A stretch of 64,000 bases of DNA from an uncultured Solirubrobacterales bacterium. GTDB taxonomy: Bacteria; Actinomycetota; Thermoleophilia; Solirubrobacterales; Solirubrobacteraceae. A model generated the notes under the pieces. The model was not told the DNA's origin, ran no database searches, and saw nothing but the letters and a program-made list of their open reading frames with translations. A program made the translations under genes and the position numbers. Positions 32,491-42,005 of the stretch are shown here, one piece after another. Position 1 is the stretch's first letter. Each line of letters opens with the position of its first letter. The stretch covers positions 2,663,842 through 2,727,841 of the forward strand of contig CAWDRI010000001.1 of NCBI GenBank assembly GCA_963804675.1, given 5' to 3'.

Positions 32491-34893
32491 CGGACTGTCC
32501 ATGGCACTGCATCCACTCGTGCTGTGGGTTATATATCGAGCTATTAGGATACGCTCGCCTCGTCCCATCACTATATTCTTCGCCCCAAACCCAAGCAGTA
32601 TAGTAATATCCCGCCCCGCATACATATGTAGCCTCTACTCCACCGCCCGTCGTATTGCTAAATCCGACCCATTTTTTGTAGGGACTCACAAGACAATAGA
32701 ATTGCTTACCTGCCCCGGATGTTTCAGACACATAACCACAGAACTGTAGACGGAAAATTTCTACTGAACGTTTGCACTGAAAACTTCCAAGCGCATACAT
32801 AAAGCCAGATCCATCCTCTGTTTCGTCAAGTTCCCAATGCACTACACAATTTGCGACACTTGCAATCGTAGCCCCTCCATCCCCTTCTTCTTCCCCTGTT
32901 CCCCCGATCGTAGCACGTGGAGAAGGTGCTGATCCTGCAGGTCGCTTCGCTTCTTCGCGTTCGACTATTTCTTGTTCGCGGTGAGAGACTTGTTCTGCTG
33001 AGGTTCTGGCGGCGAATTCTCCAGCGGTGGTGTTGTTCGGGTTGCTGACGTATGCTGCGTTGTGGTTGGTGGGTATTCCGGGTGATAGGTCTTCGGGTGG
33101 TTGTAGCATTGCGCCGGTTTGCGGTACGTATGTGATGCCGTCTTGGACGATGCGGCCGGTGGAGCTTTCGCTGGTGATCCCGCTGGCGCCTTGGTAGGCG
33201 AATTTGGGTGGTTCGCCTTTGCTGTTTGGTGCACCGAACTCTGTGCTGTTGTAGGTGGTGGCTAGTTTGGTGGCGGTTTCGCTGTCTTCGACGGTCGCGA
33301 CGATGTTGCCTTGCAGGTCGTGTAGCTGTAGTATGACGTTGGCCTTCGTGGTGCCTGTTTGGATGGCGGCGAGTCCACCTTCGATGCCGGGTATCCGTCG
33401 TTCCCATTTGCCAGGTTCGCTCGTCCACGCGATGCCGTTGCCCGGCGCGTCGTAGTGGTCTGTGATCGTTGAGGACGCTTTTGTTTCCAGGATGCGGTCT
33501 TCGGGGTCGAGTTTGTATTCGCTGGTCTGCCCGTTCTGGGTCTGCTTATACGCCTGACCGTCTACGTAGTATTCGCTCGTGATCGCGTGTCCGCCCGCGT
33601 CGCCGGCGGGTAGTTTTGTGGTGTTGCCGAATGCTTCGTAGGTGGTGCCTTCGTCGGTCATCTGGTCGGCGGAATCGTAGGTGTGCGCTTCGACGACGGG
33701 GTTTTCGCCCGAACATTTCCCTTCACTGCCGGGTTTGCTCGTCGCGAGCTTAGTGCGGTCGCTGTCTTCGCTGTATGTGTACGCGCGTGTTGTGCAGCCT
33801 TCGCCTGAGGGTGTTTCCTGTACCTGTGTCAGCCGGCCCGCGTTGTCATAGGCGTATTCCTCGCCGGCGAGGGTACTGTTCTGCGAAAGCGCTTCGCCAT
33901 GGATCGACGGTGTGACGCTGTCTTTGAACCACACACAGTTTTCGGTGCAGTGCGTCACCTTCTTGTATTCCAGCGTCGTGGCCCCACCAACAGGATTGTA
34001 CGTGTAGGACGCGGTCATGCCGTTCGGATAGCCCACGCTGGTCATCTCGCCCTGCGCGTCGTAGCCTGCTGTAAAGGTGCCCGCGCCAGCGTCAACAAGT
34101 TCGGCCAGCTCACCAGTTTCTTCGCTGTAGGTATAGGTCTGTTCGCCTTTGCCTTCATCAGAGCCGTCTTTGACTTTCGCGACCTGCCCGTCTTCGTTAT
34201 AGGTGTACGTCGCGATATCGCCGGAGGCGTCGGTGTAGCTTTCCAGCCCGCCACGCCTATTGTACTTGCTAGTCACGGCCTGTGTTTTTTTCACCGACGG
34301 TGGTGCTCTGTTCTTCGAGCATCCCGGTACTCGCGTTGTATTTGTCGGTGATCTTCGGCATCGCCTTATCGTTACTTGAAGTCTCTTCGCTCGCGAGCGC
34401 CAGCCCACCCGCGCTGAATTCGGTCTTGGTCGTCCGTTCGGTCGTCCCAAAGGTTTCGACGATCTTTTCCGCCTTGTCCCACATGTTATAGCTGATCGTC
34501 TTGGTCGGCAGTTCTGGCATCCCGCTGACACCCGACTGCGCCACCGGGAGTGTCTGGCAGGGTAGGCCAACCCATTCGGGGTGGCTGCGGCACGCTGTCG
34601 TTTCGGCTTCTTCTTTAGCGGTGTAGTAGACCGTCTTGGCATCGTGCGCGGCCTGGTCGTCGGGCATCCAGGTCTCGAGACGGTTGTTGTCTGCGTCGGC
34701 AACATAGATCTCGCCGGCCGCGTTGACCGCTATCTCCTCGGGGTCGTGCAACTGTCCTTCGCCGCTGCCGTAGGAGCCGTAGGTACCCTCGAACCCGCCC
34801 GTGGACGAGAACTCCTGGACGCGGTTGTTGGCGTTATCCACGACGTAGAGATTGCCAGCAGCGTCGGCCGCGATCGCTTCGGGGCCCTTCAGC
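32456..34893 (-). pseudogene. Orphan RHS/YD cassette (NHL + YD + core + Cys-rich tip 2), frameshifted
   Basis: Paralogue of 24527..26990 with the same 5' breakpoint; T7 at 34285-34291 vs T6 at 26383-26388 splits it into ORFs 34269..34841 and 32456..34705. Confidence 0.88.
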
Positions 34894-35843
34894 CCTCACC
34901 ATTGAGCGCCAGCCAAGACACATTGAGCACCGACCGAAATATGGGTTATGCGTTGAGATCATCCACGCGTGTCAGCCCAGCGCCAAACGCGAGCCGGCGC
35001 GGGACATCCCTGTCCCGCGCCCCAGGCACGACCGTCACGTGAACCCGACCTCGCGACGCCCGCGAAAGTCACCCGCCCAACCGGCTGGCTTCACCTACAT
35101 GAATCCCCACCCGCAAGTCTTTGAGCAGCGCCAGTCGTTGCGCAGCCTTGGCCTTTTTCACCTCAAGCCACGCTCCACGCACGCGACGCGCGAATAGTTC
35201 CCCTTCAGGTCCAGGGCGTTCACCTCCGGGCGACGAGAATACGCCGGGATGACCCGGTACTGGCTTCATGTCGGGAAGTGATGGGGGGGTAGCGCCGGGG
35301 CTAGATGCACTAATCAGAACGCTGGCAACCAGCGGCCAGCCATCCAGTTCATATGATGTGCTTGCACACGTAATGAATCCATCGCCTATGATCCCGGAAA
35401 AGCCATGCACTTCACTGATCACTTCACCGCCATTTACCGTAAGATCCCTTGGATTATTCCTACTCCTTATCTCACAGATTCCCTTTAACGGCCTAGCTGG
35501 ATTCGCGACCCGGCGAGCCGATAGCCACTTAATGAGTGGATTTGTAGTTTCGCGGCGCGGCTGGGGAATAGTCATTTCAGCAGAATCCAGCGGTATAAAG
35601 CGCGGAAATCCACCACCTGCATTTCTTAGCTTTCCACTCACTTTCACTACCACCGCCCGCAATCCTCCGGGCAACGCCTTCTCTGCTCTCGTCGGCACAG
35701 ATACGCCTCCTTCGCCGATCCTCACGCGTGCCACCGCGGCCGTTGTCAAAGCCACTCCAACAGTTTCCGCATTACTACCGCTGCCGTCGGTACCGCTCCA
35801 CGCTTCAACGATCACAGGCGCATGACTCTGAGCACCGTCACAC
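34543..35843. repeat. ~1.3 kb direct repeat, copy 2
   Basis: Matches 26640-27940. Confidence 0.92.
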
Positions 35844-36127
35844 CCGCCTCCTTGAGCGCCTCCGATAGCGATAAAACACCAGCCAGCCCAGCCGGCATTG
35901 GCTTCCGGAATAAGCAGCACTTCATAGGGATGATTAAGGCCAGAGTCTGCTCCGACACCGACCACGATACCCGCGTCGCCGCACCCCATCCCACATACCG
36001 TGCTCGCGACTACCGCTATTCCCACGAGCAACCAGGTCACTCTACGCGGATACAGCGCTTGTCCTAACAGCACCGACCTCACCAATCCGCCATACCCGAC
36101 GACCTTGATCTTGCGATTACTGCTCAA
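35069..36127 (-). CDS. Lipoprotein family A (A1), partner of RHS tip 1
   Basis: Lipobox-like GMGC; VLLIPEANAGWAGWC; starts 32 bp after tip-1 stop. Confidence 0.82.
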   Translation of the reverse strand: MSSNRKIKVVGYGGLVRSVLLGQALYPRRVTWLLVGIAVVASTVCGMGCGDAGIVVGVGADSGLNHPYEVLLIPEANAGWAGWCFIAIGGAQGGGCDGAQSHAPVIVEAWSGTDGSGSNAETVGVALTTAAVARVRIGEGGVSVPTRAEKALPGGLRAVVVKVSGKLRNAGGGFPRFIPLDSAEMTIPQPRRETTNPLIKWLSARRVANPARPLKGICEIRSRNNPRDLTVNGGEVISEVHGFSGIIGDGFITCASTSYELDGWPLVASVLISASSPGATPPSLPDMKPVPGHPGVFSSPGGERPGPEGELFARRVRGAWLEVKKAKAAQRLALLKDLRVGIHVGEASRLGG

Positions 36128-36159
36128 AATAGCACCCTTCCGCCATCTCAGGCCATACC

Positions 36160-36921
36160 CTATTCGCCATCATCTTCAGCATTATTATCCTGACCAATCT
36201 CTGGCGACACATCAACATCCGAGGCTTCGCCGGATCCCTGACATGTAGCGGAGCCATGCGATGTATTCGCGCCTGCTGACCAGCGGCCGCCTGACCATAT
36301 GGTAGGCCCGCCAAGACCATGCCAATAGCGTCCATAGGCCCATACTATGAATACGCTGCCTCCTTCACATCCAAAATCTTGTCGAATGTAACCTCCCATA
36401 TCGTATTCGTAGTCATGGAAATCGTGATGGCGAAAGGCCACTTTGTTTTCAGCGTAACTATCATTGGGCTGTCTTTCATAGAGATACACGTCCAATTCAA
36501 ACACATTTAGACCCTCGCAGCGATACTTCCCTTCGTAGGTCAATCCGCCACCATCGTCGGCCCACACCGCTGCGCCCACTTCGCACCCATCGAGGTTGAT
36601 ACCGTGTTCTGGGTCTGGTTCACAATATGCGATTTCCCCCGCACATACGCCAACCGGGTGTGCTGCTTCTTCGCGTTCTCGTATTTCTTGTTCGCGATGA
36701 GAGACTTGTTCTGCCGAGGTCCTGGCAGCGAACTCGCCAGCAGTCGGATTATCCGGGTTGCTGACGTATGCTGCGTTGTGGTTGGTGGGTATTCCGGGTG
36801 ATAGGTCTTCGGGTGGTTGTAGCATTGCGCCGGTTTGCGGTACGTATGTGATGCCGTCTTGGGCGATGCGGCCGGTGCTATTTTCGCTGGTGAGGCCACT
36901 GGCGCCTTGGTAGGCGTACTT
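36160..36921 (-). pseudogene. Orphan RHS core + Cys-rich tip 1
   Basis: KYAYQGASGLTSENSTGRIAQDGITYVPQTG core, then tip with GCEGGSVFIVWAYG and ATCQG. Confidence 0.85.
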
Positions 36922-37380
36922 ACTGTAGGTGGCAGGCTGGTGGTCGGTACGCCCCACTCGGTCGTTTCGGCTTTGCTGGCAGGTTCGGTCGCGGTTTCTG
37001 ACGCGCGCGCGGTCTCGCTGACGTTGCCGTGGAGGTTGGTGAGTTGGAGCACGGGTTCTTCGCCGTTGGCTTGGGTCGCGACGAGTCTACCACCGAGACC
37101 GGCGATGTTGCGCGACCATTCGCCTAGATCGGATGCAAAGGATGGGTCGTTGCTTGGGCCGGCGTACTGAGTTGTCGTCGAAGCGCTCCGTTTTCCGGTG
37201 GCGACCGGCGATCTTTTCGGCGAGTTCGCGGGCGATGCGTTCTTCTTCGGCGATGCAAGCGTCGAGGCCTTCGGTGGCGGTGTTTTGGCCGTAGGTGATT
37301 GCCCATGCTGCGGGCTCGCTGGAGGCGCCGGTGGGGTCTGTTTCGTTGAGGGGGTTGCCACCGGTGTAGGCGTAGTCAAA
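36922..37380 (-). pseudogene. Scrambled fragments of a canonical (DPTG-type) RHS core
   Basis: YAYTGGNPLNETDPTG..ELAEKIA (37380-37206) placed before VATGKR..EWGVPTTSLPP (37205-36927); both homologous to 40288..41425. Confidence 0.8.
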
Positions 37381-38253
37381 AGACCCGCCAACCTCACCCT
37401 ATCTCGCACGGCCCTACCACCTCTCAATCCGGCACCCGCACGCCATCCGGGCAACGCGAACGCGACTGTCCATTTAAATGCGACGCGGACGATAACGGCT
37501 CGCCCGGCGGCGCCGCAGTCTGGTCGCACCGCATCGAAAGATCCGTCCTCTTGGCTGACCAAAGGACATGATCAAATTTGCTGGCCCCGCATGCCTATTG
37601 CAGCTACTCTGCGTTAGAAGGCCTATTGATATCGCCTCTCACGGAAGCCATTCAAAAACGCGCTCCCACCACGATCGCTTCCGCTCCGGATCGTGGAGAC
37701 GCCTTTGCACCTCGACTAGCTGATACATACGACTTCGAAGCCAACCGCGCAATGTCTAACCTCTCGATGTTCGTTCCTACCCAAAGCGCCGAGTACGGCG
37801 ACTCAGATTTCCCACCTTGCAATCGCGAACTACGAAGGCCGTCGTCTAGCTCGCGCCTCGACACAAAATACAACTACCGTTGCAATCATTAGAAGACCAC
37901 CAAATACCGCACGTCCATATTCATCGGCCGCAACACCCCTGACCCCAAATGACAAACCAATAATGCCGCCTAGGCCGATAGACAGGTCTCACCGGGCATA
38001 AGCTGGCGAGGTTCTCACGGCTTGTTACTGTAGCTCGCGGCATTGTGTTTGTGATAGCTGGTTGGACATGCCACAACGTCCACGGGGATAGCTGGAGCGC
38101 TTCGGGCATGTGCGTGGCGTTCTCCGGCGTAGACCCCCGGTCGGCGACCAGCACCCTCCTCGAAGCTGCCGGGCGGGTGATCGTCGCCGGCCGACCCGAC
38201 CGCAGATCATTCGAGAGGCCATCCAGGCGCAACTATGCGAAAGCTCCGGTAAC

Positions 38254-40239
38254 TCAAGCAGCGTCCTCGCCTTCACCGTAAATTCGCTCACGCGCCGTCC
38301 GAGCATCCGCGACGATCATCCGCACGTTCTCGTTCTCATCATCCTCAAACCGTGCGATCAGCTCATCCAGCGTGAGTAGAGCCTCGTCATTACGGTCAAG
38401 CTTGCCGAGTATGTCCGCCTTGCTGTAAAGCGCCGAGGCCGGGACTTCACGCGCCTGCGTGCCAGTCGCGTCCCCAAATCTCTCGGCGGTGTTGTCGAAA
38501 ATCGCCAATGCCTCCTCCCCGTACTGACCGGCCAACTCCTCAAACGCAGCGTTGGACTCATCTTCGTGTCCGAGCCGCTCGAGCACCATGGCCTTGCCGT
38601 TGAGAGCTACCGCGATTGAGTGGCGCAAGCCCGTCTCCTTGCAGCCCTGAAATTGATCGATCACTTCGTCGAACGCTTCGATCGCCTCCTCCCAGCGCTC
38701 GTCCGCGAGTAGAGCTGTTCCCTTGGCGACTAACGCGTCCGCAAGGCGTTCACGCCACCCGGGCTCAGCCCCATCACCGGCGCGCTCGATCAATGCATTG
38801 GCCAGTACAATCCCCTCCGTGGGCTGCCCCGTAACAGCGAGCAAACCGGCCTTTTCCTGCAGCGCCCTCGCAACCACCTTGCATAGCGCCGGCGCATCAT
38901 CATCACCATATCGCTCTGCGATCTCACCCCAGACGGCCATCGCCCGCTCAAATTGCCCCATCCGCTTCAAGCAGTACGCCTCGTGCCCAAGCGTCTGAGC
39001 CAGCACTTCGACAACCTTTGGATCGTCCTCGCTCGAGAGGCGCGCAATCATCTCCTCATCGGTCGCGACGGCCTCCTTCCACCGGCCGAGCCTGCCCAGC
39101 GCCTGCGCCTTGTAGTTCAGTCCTGTAGCGGCATTCAGCCACGACTCGGGTTCCTCCGTCTCGCCGAAACGAGCCGCTAGATTGTCAACGACCGCGATCA
39201 CCTCCTCATTGCGACCCTCGTCGAGCAACAGCGACGCGCTCGTCGTGAGTGCGTCGGTGATCTTTTCGCGGACATGTGGCTCAGGCTCTATCCCGTAGCG
39301 GCGTATCAATTCTTCATAGCCCACGATCGCCTCCTTTGCTCGCCCGAGCTTATTTAGAATCCACGCCTTGCTCGCAAGAGCATCGAGGCCCGCGTACCGA
39401 CGTCCCGGAGGTGGACGCTCACCAAAGGCCTCAAGAGCCTCCTCCTCCACCAAAAGCGCCTGCTCATAGCGACCAGCCTTCTGCAGGACGTAGGACTTGC
39501 CACCCAGCGCAACGGCCACCGACGTGCGTAGCTCTGACTCCGGTGCGCCCACGAAACGCGCTAGTACCTCGTCATAAACGACCAGCGCCTGCTCGTACTC
39601 ACCACAGTCACCGAGCACTCCAGCCTTCTTGTTCAGCGCTCTAGCTATAACCTCACGCACCGTTTGCTCTTCGCTCGAACCGTAGCGCTCGACCAGCTCG
39701 CTCAGCAACGTGACCGCCTCTGGACTGCGATCGGAATTAGCCAGCGCACTGGCCTTGAGCCTCAATGAATCGATCACATGCTCGACGCACCCCGGTGGCG
39801 GATCACCGCCGAAGCGCTTCAACAATGCGTTGACCGTGGCTATCGTCTGCTCGTAACGCCTCATTCTAAACAGCGCCTTTGCCCGGGCATGTAGCGTCTT
39901 CGCAATGATCTTCCGTGCCTGCGCAAGCGCGCCTTGAGGATCAGACGCATGGCTAGTCCGACTACACAATTGATCGAACGCGTTACCGGCCTCAACCAGC
40001 CGATCGAGCATTACAAGCGCACCACCTTGCCTGGCGAGCGCAGTCCGCACCCGCCTCTCGCACTCTCCGCCCCGCACCTCGCCGAATTGCTCGATCACCT
40101 GCCTGTAGCACGCTACCGCGTCCTCATATTGACGCAAGCGCAGTAATTCATCGGCTTCACAGATAAGCGAGTCCACAACCTTATAGCTACACGCATCGTG
40201 TTCCGTGTTGGCGTAATCGTCTGAGGCTATGGTGTTCAC
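38254..40239 (-). CDS. TPR-repeat protein
   Basis: Repeated ~45-aa helical units A.AL.NKA..L..LGR.EEA...[YF]DE...RFG. Confidence 0.88.
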   Translation of the reverse strand: MNTIASDDYANTEHDACSYKVVDSLICEADELLRLRQYEDAVACYRQVIEQFGEVRGGECERRVRTALARQGGALVMLDRLVEAGNAFDQLCSRTSHASDPQGALAQARKIIAKTLHARAKALFRMRRYEQTIATVNALLKRFGGDPPPGCVEHVIDSLRLKASALANSDRSPEAVTLLSELVERYGSSEEQTVREVIARALNKKAGVLGDCGEYEQALVVYDEVLARFVGAPESELRTSVAVALGGKSYVLQKAGRYEQALLVEEEALEAFGERPPPGRRYAGLDALASKAWILNKLGRAKEAIVGYEELIRRYGIEPEPHVREKITDALTTSASLLLDEGRNEEVIAVVDNLAARFGETEEPESWLNAATGLNYKAQALGRLGRWKEAVATDEEMIARLSSEDDPKVVEVLAQTLGHEAYCLKRMGQFERAMAVWGEIAERYGDDDAPALCKVVARALQEKAGLLAVTGQPTEGIVLANALIERAGDGAEPGWRERLADALVAKGTALLADERWEEAIEAFDEVIDQFQGCKETGLRHSIAVALNGKAMVLERLGHEDESNAAFEELAGQYGEEALAIFDNTAERFGDATGTQAREVPASALYSKADILGKLDRNDEALLTLDELIARFEDDENENVRMIVADARTARERIYGEGEDAA

Positions 40240-40287
40240 CTCTAGGATATCCTTTACTCGGCTTTACTCGGCTATTATACTCCAACC

Positions 40288-41425
40288 CTACAGCAGTTCT
40301 CCCAGTATCCCCTCGACAATGTCGTCTCCCACATCGTCTCCTGCATCGTCCTCTGTCCCATCCGCATCCCTCCCGACACTTCGCCTCTCAATGCGAGGCT
40401 CAATACGAACCTCAGGCGGTCGCTCATCTGGATGACCACACGCGGCCACGGCAGCGGCGAGGCCCACGCAAAGGCCACGGCGAAAACTGAATCCTGCTTG
40501 CTCCTCGCAGGCCCGGTCATTGTCCACCGAGCAGAGCGGCACAACAGAACCAAGAAGCGGCAAGCTTTCGCCAGCGCCTTTCTTTCCGCCGAGCGATTGG
40601 TAGAACACGCCGTCTTCGGTACGTGCTGCTTCCTTAGCTAGACCTTCTCTAACCGGCCTGGCGTAGGCCGCGTATTCGTATTCGCCTTCTTCCCAGTATT
40701 CTTCTTCGTAGTATTCTTCGCCTTCTGGGTAGCCGTATTCTTCGTAGTAGCCTTGGTGTTCGGCTGCGAATGCGGCTGCGTCGGCTGCCCATTCGGCGGC
40801 GAGCTTGGCGGCTTCGGCGGCGATTTTTTCGGCGAGTTCGCGGGCGATGCGTTCTTCTTCGGCGATGCGGGCGTCGAGGCCTTCGGTGGCGGTGTTTTGG
40901 CCGTCTGTGATTGCCCATCCTGGCGGCTCGCTGGAGGCGCCGGTGGGATCTGTTTCGTTGAGGGGGTTGCCGCTGGTGTAGGCGTAGTTGTTCGCGTCGG
41001 CGCCGGGGAGGGGGTCTGGCTGCAGGTACCGGCCGAGCTGGGGGATGTATGTGCGGGCACCCATTTGGGCGATGCCGGAGGGTAGTTCGGTGGGGACCTC
41101 GATCCCGCCGAGCCAGGCGTACTTGGGAGGGAGGCTGGAGGTCGGTACCCCCCATTCGGTCGTTTCGGCTTTGCTGGCGGGTTCGGTCGCAGTTTCCGAC
41201 GCGTGCGCGGTCTCGCTGATGTTGCCGTGGAGGTTGGTGATCTGGAGCACGGGTTCTTCGCCGTTGGCTTGGGTCGCGGCGAGTCTACCACCGAGACCGA
41301 CGATGTTGCGAGACCATTCCGCCGCGTTGGACGTCCAGGATGGGTCGCTGCCGGGGCCGGCGAAGTTCGTCGTCGTCGACCCGGTTCGTTTGCCTGTCGC
41401 GACGGTGAGGATCGCGCGGCCTTCG
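40288..41425 (-). pseudogene. Orphan canonical RHS core with acidic C-terminal extension
   Basis: NLHGN, KYAWLGG, MGARTYIPQLGRYLQPDP, NNYAYTSGNPLNETDPTG; RHS homology extends upstream of the 41250 track start to ~41425. Confidence 0.85.
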
Positions 41426-41498
41426 CACTTTCGACGATGTAGCCGGCGACCTGGCCATTCTGTTCGACGCTCGCGTTGTGGGTGACCGCCCTTACCTG

Positions 41499-41993
41499 TT
41501 ACACGACGACGACGGTGGCTTCAGCGGTAGCGTGCCGGCTTGTGCAGTTGACATAAATGAATGCCATCACGCGGAATCTGCCAGTCGTCCGATAGCGGTG
41601 TGTCAGCTGCCAGACGCGACGTGTCGCCGAGCCTTTCGCGGGCAGGCAGATCTGCGGCACGATGTTTCGGGAGGTTCGTGTGCCGTCGCCGTAGCGCAGC
41701 ACATAGCCGAGCTGGCCGGGAGCCGAGCGTGCGGTCGCGGTCAGGGTGAGCCGGATGTGCGTTCCGGGGCGCGCGTGTGAGGGGGTCATGCTCAGCATCG
41801 CACTCAGCCCGCGCAAACGTGTTTGAGCCTGTGTGTGTCCAGGCGACGTTGCCTCGACACCTGCCTGGGCGGCCCGTGCGCCGGGGGCGTCGGCCGCATT
41901 CGTCGAAGTGCCGCTCGAGGTGCCGCAGCCACACACGACCGCTGCAGCTGTGATCGCTGCCCCGGCGAGCAGCTGACGGCGCGTTCGTCCCAC
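41499..41993 (-). CDS. Putative lipoprotein with PKD-like domain
   Basis: RTRRQLLAGAAITAAAVVCGC signal; YVLRYGDG..LTHRYRTTGRFRV. Confidence 0.65.
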   Translation of the reverse strand: MGRTRRQLLAGAAITAAAVVCGCGTSSGTSTNAADAPGARAAQAGVEATSPGHTQAQTRLRGLSAMLSMTPSHARPGTHIRLTLTATARSAPGQLGYVLRYGDGTRTSRNIVPQICLPAKGSATRRVWQLTHRYRTTGRFRVMAFIYVNCTSRHATAEATVVVV

Positions 41994-42005
41994 GGGCAGC
42001 CTACC

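Noticed and set aside
37921-38232. IS transposase remnant (VLVADRG)
   Set aside because: Single short motif with no other DDE residues or terminal repeats
37400-38250. Short ORFs between the TPR gene and the RHS fragments
   Set aside because: No recognisable motif or consistent frame; probably decayed sequence
21535-41425. Diversity-generating retroelement or integron behind the variable tips
   Set aside because: No reverse transcriptase or integrase in the window, no TR/VR pair with adenine-specific differences, no attC-like sites; variation includes indels and block swaps
24527-41425. T6SS- or T7SS-delivered RHS toxins
   Set aside because: No PAAR, VgrG, WXG100 or LXG sequences seen; 5' ends are missing, so the export route cannot be read here
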